From NCBI GenBank assembly GCA_951406725.2, contig OX597817.1, positions 171,492,001 to 171,556,000 on the forward strand: a stretch of DNA of 64,000 nt, written 5' to 3'. The notes beneath the pieces were generated by a model, which worked only from the letters and a program-made list of their open reading frames with translations, had not been told where the DNA came from and did no database searches. The translations under genes and the position numbers were made by a program. The stretch's first letter is position 1, and every line of letters starts with the position of its first letter. Positions 1 through 14,024 of this stretch are shown piece by piece. This stretch comes from Octopus vulgaris. Lineage: Eukaryota.

Positions 1-529
1 AGAACTAGGTACTCCAGAGTATTAGTCAGGTGGACGTTTGATCCAGGCAAATATGGAAAAGTGGGAGTTAAAATGGGGGTCATAATGATGATATACATAT
101 AGCCATGTATATACATATATCTAATATGAAATATATATATATATATATATATATACCTAAATATATAGTTATATGTATGTTATATATCATGTATATGCAT
201 ATTTAATATAATATAATATATATATATATATATATATATTTATACATATCTGTGGATATATATCATCATTGTTCCAACGTTCACTTTTTCATGCCTGTAT
301 GGTTCAGATGGAATTCATTGAAGCAGAATTCCTACTATCGAATGCCTTTCCTGCTGCTAACCCTCATTTCCTTCCAAGTAAAGAAATATTTCCACATACC
401 AAGACATCTTTTCACAGAAAACTAGAAATGGATGACAGGGATTGTATGATAGTGACCTTCACAACTATTGCATGGTGTCAATACAAGGAGACAAAAAGAT
501 ACACATACAATGGATCTATTACAGTTACC

Positions 530-712
530 TATTTCTTTATTACCCACAAGGGGCTAAACACAGAGCGGACAAACAAGGACAGACATAGGTATTAAGTCGA
601 TTACATCGATCCCAGTGCGTAACTGGTACTTAATTTATCGACCCCGAAAGGATGAAATGCAAAGTCGACCTCAGCGGAATTTGAACTCACAACGTAACGC
701 AGATGAAATAGC
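530..712 (-). mobile_element. SINE family B (central CCTTTCATCCTTTCGGGGTCGATAAA..AGTACCAG domain), 5'-truncated
   Basis: Multicopy; flanked by a repeated GATCTATTACAGTTACC (TSD-like). Confidence 0.8.
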
Positions 713-885
713 GTGAAGCCGCCTTTACAGTTACCGATCTATTACAGTTACCATTTACCAAAACCTTTCATGGGGCTTTGGTTGACCCAGGGCTTTAGTT
801 GAAAACACACAGTGATCTGAACCTGAAACTGTGTGGTTGGGAAGCAACCACAGAGCAAAACCTGTGCCTATAGACACACATACAA

Positions 886-917
<32 letters not shown>

Positions 918-959
918 GTGTGTGTATACATATCTTATAAATATTATGTATAGATATGT

Positions 960-1173
960 ACTCTTTTACCCTTTTACTTGTTTCAGTCATTTGACTGTGG
1001 CCATGATGGAGCACCGCCTTTAATCGAGCAACTCGACCCCGGGACTTATTCTTTGTAAGCCCAGTACTTATTCTATCGTTCTCTTTTGGCGAACCGCTAA
1101 GTGACGGGGACGTAAACACCAGCATCGGTTGTCAAGCAATGCTAGAGGGACAAACACAGACACACAAACATAT

Positions 1174-1206
<33 letters not shown>

Positions 1207-1378
1207 CATATATACAATGGGCTTCTTTCAGTTTCCGTCTACCAAATCCACTCACAAGGCATTGGTTGGCCCTGGGCTATAGCAGAAGACACTTGCCCAA
1301 GATGCCACGCAGTGGGACTGAACCCGGAACCATGTGGTTGGTTAGCAAGCTACTTACCACACAGCCACTCCTGCACCT
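960..1378 (-). mobile_element. SINE family A (tRNA-like head GGCGCAGGAGTGGCTGTGTGGTAAG, internal (TA)/(TG) tract, AGTAAAAG tail)
   Basis: Multicopy in window; pol III A/B-box-like head (GGTTCAGTCCC). Confidence 0.85.
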
Positions 1379-1395
1379 ATATACATATATTTATG

Positions 1396-1448
<53 letters not shown>

Positions 1449-1605
1449 GAAAGTGCAAATTCTTATGCCATAAGGAGCAGTGGAGCTGACTGACACAGTA
1501 GAATGCCAAACTGTAAGCCAAAATTAGTTTTCGTGCAGTATGCTTCTGGATCAAGTTTCAGTAGTGCCATAGTCAATTTCCATACCTCTGAGGTTAAATC
1601 TGAGC

Positions 1606-1660
<55 letters not shown>

Positions 1661-1751
1661 TACCCACATTAATTCTAACAACTATGGGGTACTAAGCTAA
1701 TAAATCATATGCTTTAGAAAATGAAGGATGATAATTTGATGTGAGTGTTTG

Positions 1752-1842
<91 letters not shown>

Positions 1843-1855
1843 GTATATATATATA

Positions 1856-1899
<44 letters not shown>

Positions 1900-2105
1900 C
1901 TACACACACATACACAAACACACACACACGCGCGCACGCACCCACATACACACGCCCACACCTAGAAAATGACAAAATTTATGAAACATGCCTACAAGAA
2001 TCAAACGTCATTTTTACTGCCGGTTACTAAACCAAGGGACATCACTGCCTTCAATGCCCAAATTAAATGCTTTAACCTAGCAACCTAGTACTCCTCATAC
2101 CGGTA

Positions 2106-2159
<54 letters not shown>

Positions 2160-2500
2160 GTTTCTATGTATATACTATATGTTTGTATTTATGTATATAT
2201 ACACGTATGTGCGTGTGTATCTGTGCCTTAGTAGAGATACACACATAAAGCACCTTCCGTTGTTGAAACCTGTACAAGAGAGGTAACTCTCTCAAGGGAC
2301 GTAACTTAGATGGACTTAACCGTTCAATGAATAGTGCTTGATAAATTGAGTAACAATTGAGTTGATAAAATTGTCTGAAACATTGGAAAAAAAAATCCCC
2401 CGTGTCAACAGTATCTAATGACTCAAAGCAGTGAAAAGTTTATCAAATATAATTATACACTACATATTTCGTTATAATATCCATCCATCCACCAACCTAC

Positions 2501-2567
<67 letters not shown>

Positions 2568-2597
2568 CATATCTATCTATCTACATATCTATCTACA

Positions 2598-2637
<40 letters not shown>

Positions 2638-2693
2638 GATCTGTCTGTCTATCTATCTACATACCTATCTATCTATCTACATATCTATCTACA

Positions 2694-2759
<66 letters not shown>

Positions 2760-3320
2760 CCTACCTACCTATATATCTATATATATATATCGATCTGTCT
2801 GTCTGTCTATCAATCATCTATTATGTAAGTATATGTCATGTTATATATTCCAAATATATATGAATATATATTTTCTTTTAAACATGCATGTGTATGCCAC
2901 ATATTATATCAATATGTGTGCCTGTATGTATGTGTGTGTAGTAACATACACATGCACACACACACATAAATATAGCTAGCTTGATAGAAGACAGTAAATA
3001 GATGTGTGTGTGTATACATATATATTCATAAAAATATGTGTGTGTGTGTGTACTGATACATATATGTGTATGCATATATGTATATATTTCCTTTGATGTC
3101 GACAAAAGGAATCTCCATTAAGAAACCATTATATTCATTCTGTTACCATTCTCTGTTTATTATCTTTTCTTTTCTTTCCATCTCTATGTAATTATCTTCA
3201 ACCATCATCATCATCATCATAACGAGCAGCATTTGTATCATCAACTATTTCTACAATGATGGCAGAGGGTTCTTAGTGGTGGTGGTGGTGGTGGTGGTTG
3301 TGGTGGTGGTGGTGGTAGTG

Positions 3321-3364
<44 letters not shown>

Positions 3365-3445
3365 TAGAACTCAAGCACTACTATTAATAGTTCTAGTGGT
3401 TGAAATAACTGATGTTATTCTAGAATTTCTTGAATCTATTAGATA

Positions 3446-3500
<55 letters not shown>

Positions 3501-3771
3501 GTTGCTACTGTTGCTTTTACTGCTGCTGAACAGTAGCAGAGATAAAAAAAAAATAAAGGTTGTAAACTGACACTGCCCTTCACTGCCAGAAGTTCCCTAC
3601 CTGACTGTCGGCTCCACTCCACCCCACTCCATCCCACTCTAGTCATCCACCTTACCTTCTGCAAGTTAGTTTTATGCTACAGTTGGTTACCCAAGGCCAG
3701 ATGTAACCTATTATAGCAATCAGCTACCTAAGTGTTACACTTTCTCAAAGTTTTCGGTTAACGTTTCAAAT

Positions 3772-3808
<37 letters not shown>

Positions 3809-3986
3809 ACTTTCACTGACACACACATTCACAAACAAACAAACACACCCAACATACTTTCTCTCTTTCTCTCTCTTTCTCATTTTCTCTCTCTCTCTCT
3901 CTCTCCCTCTTTCTGCATTCAAACTGCACTGCTCTCTCTCAATCTCTCTCTCTCTCTTTCACTCTGCTCCAAAAAGCTTTCCTCAC

Positions 3987-4016
3987 CATATGAAGATAGT
4001 CTGTCTCTTCGTTTGT
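3987..4016 (-). CDS. Candidate 30-nt phase 0-0 microexon (TNEETDYLHM), or the end of an alternative first exon finishing on ATG
   Basis: CCTTGTTTGTTCTAACAG|ACAAAC...CATATG|GTGAGG in unique sequence. Frame-compatible with the phase-0 donor at 7966. Based on splice signals only. Confidence 0.35.
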
Positions 4017-5116
4017 CTGTTAGAACAAACAAGGCTCATTGCTTGCTGTGAGATCTAACGAAATTGTACAATGAAATCTGCAGAATGTATCTGGTATTTG
4101 GAGAACTGCAGCTAACTGAACTAATAACAGATAACATATCGGACTGTCAACCGAGGAAGCAACCAACCATAATTCATATCAAGTCACAGCTGCTGTGCTG
4201 GTTCTGTTTGTAATAAAGACACTTAACACTAGCTAGCTTGCTTCACTGAGCAGTAAATTGATACCTTGGGTATTGGTTATTGTAAATGTTGTTGTTGTAA
4301 TTGTCATTTAGATCCAGGTCAGCCCTGATTGAATAGGACAAAAAGGTCAGATGTTTAAGGGCACTCCAGGTCTTTCTAGGGACTACAATATCTAATGTTA
4401 TCTTTGCTATTTTTCGAAAAGGTAGCACATGTAATTTGATGGTTTCATAGAGAATCGACTGCTATTTCTAGCAAATTTATCAACCCTGTAGTGCAGTGGT
4501 TCTCAACAATTCTTTGCTCCTAAGTGGAGGTGCATGGCTTAGAGGTTAGGGTGCTGGACTCATGATTGTAAGATTGTGGTTTCAATTCCTGGACCGAGCA
4601 ATGCGTTGTGTTCTTGAGCAAAACACTTCATTTCACGTTGCTGCAGTCCACTCAGCTGGCAAAAATGAGTAATCCTGCGAGGGACTGGTGTCCCATCCAG
4701 GTGGGGAATTTCTACGTCATGGAAACTGGGAAACTGGCCCTTATGAGTCGGTGTGACTCAAGAAGGTAACTTTACATTTTTTAATTTTTTGCCCATGGAC
4801 CCCTTTGATTCTGATTTTACTTGGGTGGACCTTATGGCTAATTGCTGATCTTAAAAACATCACATCATACTTTTATCATTAAATATTATTTAAATGACAA
4901 ACTGGCTGAATCATTAACAAGCTTAATGATATTTCATCCATCTTTACATTGTGAGTTGAAATTCTGTTGTGGTTGACTTGACTTCTTTCATCCTTTCTGG
5001 GTTGATAAAATAACTACCAGTTGAGTGCTGGGGCTGATGTAATCAACTTAACCCCCCCCCCCCCAATGCCAGTCTTGCTCCAAAATTTGAAATCATTATA
5101 AAATATTATCAAGTAT

Positions 5117-5508
5117 AGGTGTAAGAGTGGCTGTGGTAAGTAGCTTGTTTACCAACAACATGGTTCCAGGTTCAGTCCCACTGCGTGGTACCTTGGGCAA
5201 GTGTCTTCTACTATAGCCTCGGGCCGACCAAAGCCTTGTGAGTGGATTTGGTAGACGGAAGCTGAAAGAAGCCCATCATATATATGTATGTGTGTGTATG
5301 TGTTTATGTGTCTGTGTTTGTCCCCACCAAATTGCTTGACAACCGATGCTGGTGTGTTTACGTCCCCGTAACTTAGCAGTTCAGCAAAAGAGACCAATAG
5401 AATAAGTACAAGGCTCACAAAGAATAAGTCCTGGGGTCGATTTGCTCGACTGAAGGCGGTGCACCAGCATGGCCTCAGTCGAATGACTGAAACAAGTAAA
5501 AGAGTAAG
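5117..5508 (+). mobile_element. SINE family A, full length
   Basis: Aligns with 960-1378 in reverse orientation. Confidence 0.85.
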
Positions 5509-6245
5509 AATTGTATAAAAATAATTGTTAAAATGTTTTGTGTATTGAGGCAGTGTAACTGATTCATTGTGCATAAATTTTAACAATAAAATCATATATG
5601 AATGTCATATGGACCCCTAAGGGTCATATGGACCTTGATTGAGAATCACTGATGTAGAAGTCCCCTATATTGCCTAATCACCTGCAGTATGGTATAATTG
5701 TATATTGTATAATGCATTGAGAAGTTGATTGCTTCTCCATGCTTTGATGTATATTCCTTGGAGAGGAAAAGTAAGCATGATTGGCTGAATTTTTGATTGG
5801 GTTATAGATTCCCAAGCTTTCTTTACCATGGAGTCCTTACAGGATTTTTCATGTTAGGGTTCCAGTTCTATATTAATAATCATTTGGAACTCCAAAGATT
5901 AGCAATATTCACATCAAGGGATGTTGTCCTCACTGCATCATGAAAACAGAATTTCTTCATCTCACAAGTGGTACCTGATCTGTTAGAAATAATAGCCAAA
6001 TCTTGGTAGAATTTAAACTACTGCTAAGCATTTTGCCTGCCATAGTAATGATGATTCTGCCAGCTTGCTGGTAATAATCCTTTCTACTGTAGGTACAAGG
6101 CCCAAAATTTTGGGGGAGGAGGCAAATCAATTACATCAACCCCAGTGTCGACCTCAGCAGAATTTGAACTCAGAACATAAGGACAGATGAAAAGCCATTA
6201 AGCATTTGCTCAGTGCACTAACAAGTCTGCTAGCTCACTACCTTA

Positions 6246-6299
<54 letters not shown>

Positions 6300-6504
6300 C
6301 CTTTCTACTATAGGCACAAGGCCTGAAATTTTGTGGGAGTGGGTAAGTTGATTACATTAACTCCAGTACTGAACTTTCATTGACCCTGAAAGGATGAGAG
6401 GCAAGGTTCACCTCGGCAGAATATGAACCCAGAATGTAAAGACATACATTTTATCCAAGCATTTTATCCAGTGTGCTAATGAAGAGCAATAATAATAATG
6501 ATAA

Positions 6505-6890
6505 TCATCATCATCATCGTTTAGCGTTCGCTTTCCATGCTAGCATGGGTTGGACGGTTCGACCGGGGATCTGGGAAGCCTGAAGGCTGCACCAGGCTCC
6601 AGTCTGATCTGGCAATGTTTCTACAGCTGGATGCCCTTCCTAACACCAACCACTCTGTGAGTGTAGTGGGTGCTTTTTACGTGCCACCTGCATTGGTGCC
6701 AGGCGAGGCTGGCATCGGCCACGGTCGGATTGGTGCATTTTACGTGCCACCTGCACGGAAGCCAGTCGAGGCGGCACTGGCTTCGGCCATGATTCGGATA
6801 GTGCTTTTTACGTATCTCCAGTCCAGGGGTCCTGGCATCTGCCGGGCGCCAGTCATAGGATTGGTTCAATTTCGATTCCGATTTCGAATT
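6505..6890 (-). mobile_element. SINE-like family C (internal GGTGGCACGTAAAAAGCACC repeats, GGAAGGGCATCCAGCTGTAGAAAC block, (GAT)n tail)
   Basis: Multicopy: also 10096-10286, 24750-24885, 26250-26452, 28640-28830 and 47850-48105. Confidence 0.8.
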
Positions 6891-7965
6891 ATCTTTTACT
6901 TAGGTACAAAGTCAAAAATTTCAGGAAGAGATAAGTGAATTTTATTGCCTCCACCTCTCAACTTGTAGTTTGTTGTATCAATCCAGAAAGGGTGAAAGGC
7001 AAGGTAGAACTTAGTGTGATTTGAACTCAGAGCTGAAAGAAATGTCACAAAGTATTTTGTCTAATATTCTAATGAGTTTGCTAATCTATCCATTTTGTAG
7101 CACCACCAATAATAATGGATTTTCTCAGTTAGGCACATCAAACAGTTTTGAGGGGAGGGGGAATGGTGAACACCATTGACTTCAGTATTTGACTGGTACT
7201 TTATTGACCCAGAAAGATGAAAGGTAAACTTGACCTCAGCAGGATTTGAACACAGAATGTAAAGAGCTGGAAGAAATATTGTTAAACAATTATCCAATGA
7301 TTTCTGCTAGCACCAATAATAATAAAAAAATATTTAAGAAAAAATCATACCCAACCTTTTGCCTCATTATATTTGCAAGTAAAAAAACCCACTCTAAATC
7401 ACACAGGAAATCATGTTTTTTTGCTTTCTTCAATTCACATTTGAAGCTCTTAGCTATGATAATGGATTATGTTTTAGGACAAACCAATACTCTATAAAGG
7501 TCATGTAGTAGATGCCAATCAAAGGATACTGACATTTATCAGAGTCTATCCTCCTATTAAACAAACATTTCTGTAGCATGTTAAACAACAGTAATATCAA
7601 TACAAGCAGTTGCTTTCATTTTCATGTGTCTATTAGGAAAATATGGGAGAAGTTAAGAAATACAGAGATTTTACCATTTGTAGACATAATATGGTCTTGG
7701 GTTTGAGAAAGGATTATGAAATGGTATTACTACTGAAGGCAATGCAAACCTGATGTTATAGAAATGGTAAATGGTGAAAATAAAGACAAGTTTGGGAAAA
7801 ATAGATGTCAAAGAATGAATGTTGTTGCAAGATTTTCTTGCAGGAGATGGATATCAAAGTGATCTTGATGGCGATGATGTTGATGATGACAATAAAGATA
7901 ATGGTGATGATGCCAGTAATAATAATGATGATGATGATGAGGAGGATAAAGAAGCAAAGTCTTAC

Positions 7966-9026
7966 CTTGACATCACCAAGAATAACAGACACATCGCCTT
8001 GCTTACGGCGCTCATCAATCTCTTGTAAGTGACGGAGCTCTTCTCTTCTCTGAGACGACAACTTATAAGCTTCTTCTCTCGGCATCGGTTTTATCAAAGA
8101 CCGTGTCTTGATAATATTAATGTCGGGGAGACTACCAGGATTACAAACTTTAGTTAAATTCCTTTGGCTTTCAATAGTGTAAGATTTAATTGGCACCCCA
8201 CTGTCAGCATTATTTTGTCTGTTGGTCTCTGTTTTGATTCTTTTCCTTATACCATTTTCAATGACAATTGTCTCTGGGTTCTTTGTCGCCAAGTTTTCAC
8301 TACTGACTGCTGCCTGATTTTCTTTTAAATGCTGTTTCTCATTCTCGGCTTCTTCATCTCGCTTAATTATGCAGGGCAGCGTACGGCGCCTCTGCAATGG
8401 ACGGTGTTTGCTATCCTCTTCCATTGTTTCCGACACTCCTGAATCTGGTGAGGTATCACTTGCAGGACCACAACTCCGCTGCTGCTGCTGTTGCTGTTGT
8501 TGCTTTAATTGTTGTTGTTGTTGATGATGATGACGTTGCTGCTGCTGATGACTGGCCGTATTCAGAAGGTCTCTGCCCAAGCTATCATCTTTGACGGCTG
8601 AACAATACTGATCAAAATGGTCGTTCAGAATCGTAGAGTTGAATAATTCACTGAATCCTCTTCCTCTTCTTGAGCCTGCAAGAAAACTATACCTACGGAT
8701 TTTCAAAGAAGGGCTACGAGAGGGTTGAGTGTTTGATATTGCAGTTTTTTCAGTGTTTCGTGTGGCAGATAACTGGGTGTGTGGATAGGCATCATTTAAA
8801 TAGTTCATACCATCTGGCATACCAGGGTTGTAGCTGCCTGGAAGAGTAGAATCAAGGCCAGCGGTTAATCCAATGTGGGAAGACTCCATTAAGTCATCTG
8901 GTGACTGATGCCCCATTATATTTTTTGACCTTTGATGTGCAGAATGGTTATTTGGAAGAATCTTCATATGGCAATATTCATTATCTTCTGGGTTTTCTTG
9001 TAATTTCTTATTCAAAATATCAGTTC
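7966..9026 (-). CDS. Large internal coding exon (1061 nt) of an uncharacterised host gene; disordered Q/S-rich region with a polyQ/H tract, basophilic kinase motifs (RRYS, RRRT) and a charged helix (REEAYKLSSQRREELRHLQEIDERRKQ)
   Basis: Only long non-repetitive ORF (7756-9015). It has a pyrimidine-rich acceptor (tttctttccactcctAG|GAACTG, exon starts 9026, phase 1) and a consensus donor (GTCAAG|GTAAG, exon ends 7966, phase 0). The hydrophobic ORF tail beyond the donor is intronic (ATC)n read-through. Confidence 0.88.
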
Positions 9027-10050
9027 CTAGGAGTGGAAAGAAATATAAAAAACAAAATTAGTATGTTTGAAAGAATTATTTCATCAGTTTAGATAGAAAA
9101 TAATTGAAGAATAACTTCTTAAATGTTATTAAGCATTATAAGTATTTTAAGCATAGGCATGTGTAGTGAAGAAGTCAGCTGCCCGACAATGAAGTTTTGG
9201 GTTCAATCCTACCGAACACTTGGGTAAGTGTCTTCTATAATAGACATGAGTTGACCAAAAACTTTGCAATGGATTTGGTAGACATCGTGTGTGTATACAA
9301 ATGCACACACACATACATGTACGTGTATGTGAATGTGTGTTTGTGCATGTACACGCATGCATGTGTCTGTGTGTGCATGCTAGTGTCTGCGTATTTGTTT
9401 ACATCCGTGCTCTGTAAAAGTTCAAAAGTCACTACATGCAGAGTTGTTGTTGTTTCTGTCAACAAATCACCTACCTACTTGCTGCACACCACCAAAGACA
9501 TGTAAAAGAAGGGATCCCTACTTGAAAAATAGGTAAGGATTAGTGACAGGAAGGGCAACCAGATATAAGCCAGGGCTTCGATAATAAATTTAACTCATGC
9601 TAGCATAGAGAAACATATGTAAAATAACCAAATTAATGAAACATCAGTTTGAGGCAGAAAAGAAAAAATCATAGGAATTACACCATGTGTTTACCAGTTG
9701 CTGTTAATAATTATGAGTAATAATTTCCGACATTGATATGATGCCAGTGATTAAAAAAAATAATTATGAAATATTATATTTCCAAGATCATGTGTTTTCT
9801 TTTAAAATATTAAATAAGTTTTGGTGGGGAACTGGAACAGAGTCGTGGATTTGTCTTTCTAAAAAGCATAGCAGTCTTTTAAGATGTTTTGCTTCATAAA
9901 ATGTTTAATTTAGTACAACCCACTTGGCAAGGGTTATGTCATGCTGAAGATTTCAAATAAGGATGAAATGGCACTATATATACTACCTAATGATTGTGAG
10001 CCCAATGCTCTAACCACTGAGCCATGCACCTTCACACACATACATATATT

Positions 10051-10097
<47 letters not shown>

Positions 10098-10352
10098 GTG
10101 GCACGTAAAAAGCACCCACTTCCCTCATGAAGTGGTTGGCGTTAGGAAGGGCATCCAGCTGTAGAAACAATGTCAGATAAGACTGGAGCCTGGTGCAGCC
10201 TCCTGGCTTCCCAGATCCCCGGTCGAACCGTCCAACCCATGCTAGCATGGAGAACGGACGTTAAACGATGATGATGATGATGATGATTTATATTTATGTT
10301 TATTCATACATATACACACACACTTACATAGACATACATATATATACACACA

Positions 10353-10446
<94 letters not shown>

Positions 10447-11994
10447 AAGATAGAGATAGAGAGAGAGAGAGAGATGTGCGTGCGTGTGTGTGTGTTTTTG
10501 TGTGTATGCTTTGAAATAAGTCTTTATGTGTGAGATGAATGTGATTAAGAGAAACATCACTCACTCACACATAAACATATGTGTTTGTGTATGTTCCCTT
10601 ATTGTGTATGCATGAGTTAGCAGAGTATTGCACATGTTTCAATCCATGACTGTATTTCATACATTTCGCTTTGTCTACAGATACATCACTGTTTGTGCAT
10701 GTGCACATCAAATGCATGCTTGCATATACAGACACATTAATTCTAAAAATTTCTAGTTAGCTGCACAAATTAATGTTTGAGCTGTATTTATACCTGCTGT
10801 TTCCAATTTGGGTTTAATTAATCAACTTTTAAGTCAAGGTGACTGCTGTCAATGGAGTTTTGACAACACAGTAACTTCTAGACAGGGAATCCTTTGTTTG
10901 TTGAGGCTTTTCATGTATGATTGCTTTGTCTCATTTATTTATGTATTTGTATGTTTGTTTGATTGTTTGTGTAGTCATTTAATGACTTTCTTGCTGTAAG
11001 ATGTTAGAAGGCTTGCATTTAAATTTATTTATGAAACAAAATATTTTCTGACTAATGCGCTCTTATTCCTCTTTTCGTTTGTGTTTTACTTCTTTGTCAA
11101 TAATATAACGTTTAATTCAGATGCGGGAGTTTTCAGGGTTAATAAGGATGTGCATGCATACACACAGACACACATCTATGCATATATACATCTCTATAAA
11201 TTCAAAAATATATTCACAAGCATGTATGACACACAAACACAGACATTCATATATATATATATATATATATGCAAAACAAAGACACTAACTCACACACATT
11301 CACATGCATGTATAACACAAACATACATATTCGTTTGGAGCGAACGATTCACTTGATTGCTATTCAGTCAGGTGATAATATGATTTAGATGTTTGTCACA
11401 TGAACAAATACTCAAAGGTAAGAAACTCATAATAATGACAGAATAAGCAATCAAATCTGAATGAATAAATGAGCTCTACTCCATTTATTTCATGTATGTG
11501 CATACACACATATGTACATAAGTATGTATGTATTAAGCCTCCACCTTATCATCATCCTTTTAACACCTACTTTCCCATGCTTGCATGGTTTAAGCAGAGT
11601 TTACTGTGGCAGATTTTCTACGACCAGATGCCCTTCCTGTTGCCAACCCTTACCTGTTTCCAAGTAAGGTAATATTTCCCCATGACCAGACAAATTTTCA
11701 CAGAATATTGGAAAGGAATGACACTGCTTGGATGAAGTGACACTCCTTCATTTCTATCACACACACACACAATATATATATATATGTTGGGCTTCTTTAA
11801 GTTTCTGTCTACCAAATCCACCCACAGGGCTTTGGTCAGTCCAGGGATATAGTAGAAGACACCCAAGGTGTCATGTAGTTGGATTGAATCCCAAACCATA
11901 TAGTTGGGAAGAAGGCATGCATACATACATATACATACATACATACATACATACATACATACATACATACATACATACATACATACATACACAC

Positions 11995-12210
11995 ATATGA
12001 GCATGTCTAGATGTGCAACTATATGCATGAGAATACATACATAAAACAAAACACACAAATCTATACACATGCATACATATATACATACATACAAAAAATA
12101 TCCTGTTGATATTGAAATTCCAATGAAAGAGCCTTGGATTTAGGTGAGAAACTGGCTCTTTCTCTATTGGAAAGAAATCTTGAAATAAAACTGAAAAATG
12201 ACATTCATAC
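11995..12210 (+). mobile_element. 3' UTR-only copy of the second RLE-type LINE family, directly after a (CATA)n tract
   Basis: Matches 62640-62858 (GAAATTCCAATGAA...TCTATTGG...GAAATCTTGAAATAAAACTGAA...GACATTCATAC). Confidence 0.6.
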
Positions 12211-13207
12211 CCTCCTATTCATCCTCATATTTCATTATATACATACCAGAAACTCAATTTTCTACATTAAACAAATATAGTCCACACATGCCAGCATAGA
12301 AAATGGATGTTAAATGATGATGATGGTATAGTTTTGTAGTTGTCCTAACGTTTATATCTCAGATGTCAACCAACTCCTTCAGTTCACCATCTGGGAATTC
12401 ATCTCTCAGACGATAGCCCAGCTTACTCAATAAACTGCACAAAGGTATTATTAAGTAATTCTGTTCCAATACTCTTAATAATTGCCTTCACTTAGAGATA
12501 AAGAGGACACTGTACTCTAAATGATGTACTTGTGTTGAAAAATAGAACATTACTGATAATTCAACCAAAAACATTGCCTATAATTGGGGTAGTAACTCAA
12601 GTTTGTGAATTCTGTAGCCTTTTTAAATACTATTTTATATCTGCTGAAAAATATTGTACTAGTATTTTATAATTTTCACTTAATCCTATCACTGCATCCG
12701 CCAAATCCTGTTTGATAGTCTGTTTGAAGCTACACCACATTCTGTGATTTGAACCATTTCTTCCAATAAGGATTTCTTTACAGATGACTGGCTCTAGATA
12801 CTGTGCCATGAAGATTTTCTAAATCTTTCATCAAAGACATATTTTTCCCTTGCATTATTGATTACTAACTACATCTTCCAGATGAGAAAGCAGTGTTATT
12901 GTTGCTGCTGTTGTTGTTGTTGTTGTTGATGATGAGATCCAGGCTCATTCTAATCAAACAGATATACAATTAAAGGTGTCTTAAACCTAGCCATCCTGTT
13001 TGTTTTGGGGGCATCTAGGATAAAAATATGGCTGTGTGGTAAGAGGTCTGCTTCCCAACCACATGGCTTTGAGTTCAGTCCCATTGCACTGCACCTTGTG
13101 TAAGTGTCTTCTACTTATTCAACCAAAGATTTGTGAGTGAATTTGGGAGATGGAAACTGAAAGAAGCTCATCGTATGTGTGTGTGTGTGTAAACACACAC
13201 ACACACA

Positions 13208-13358
<151 letters not shown>

Positions 13359-13364
13359 TATCTT

Positions 13365-13765
13365 ATTTTTTGCTTGTTTCAGTCATTAGACTGTGGCCAT
13401 GCTGGGGCACCACTTTGAATTTTTAGTCAAATGAATCAACCCCAGTACTTCGTATTTTTTTAAGAAGTAGTACTCATTCTTTCAGTCTCTTTTGCCAAAC
13501 CACTAAGTTATGGGGACACAAACACACCAACACTGGTTGTCAAGCAATCGTAGGGGGACAAACACAGGCACAAAGTCACTCACACACACACACACATACA
13601 TTACGATGAGCTTCTTTCAGATTCCGTCTACTAAATCCACTCACAAGGCTTTGGTCATCCCAAGGCTATAGTAGAAGACACTTGCTCAAGGTGCCACGCA
13701 GTAGGACTGAACCTAGAACCATGTGTTTGGGAACCAGATTTCTTACCACACAGCCATGCCGGCAA
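13365..13765 (-). mobile_element. SINE family A (a 5' fragment also at ~13025-13170 +)
   Basis: Homology to other copies. Confidence 0.8.
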
Positions 13766-13869
13766 GTATATATATATATATGTATAATAATAAATATTAG
13801 GGAATAAATCCAAATTTACAGGGAAAAAAAATCAGATTTAGGATTAAATCCAATTTTATAGTAAAATAT

Positions 13870-14024
13870 TATAAAATATTATTAGAGACAAAACCACTAT
13901 TTTGCAAAACAAACAAGGAAAGACTTAATCAATACATAAAATTTTAATAAAATTTTATGTATTGATTAAGTCTTTCCTTGTTTGTTTTGCAAAATAGTGG
14001 TTTTGTCTCTAATAATATTTTATA
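13870..14024. repeat. Perfect palindrome: 77-bp arms with a 1-nt spacer (centre 13947)
   Basis: Arms checked base by base. Lies within a (TA)n-flanked element spanning ~13785-14024. Confidence 0.95.

Noticed and set aside
7756-7965. Hydrophobic, transmembrane-like C-terminus of the 419-aa ORF
   Set aside because: Lies past a consensus GTAAG donor and is encoded by an intronic (ATC)n tract.
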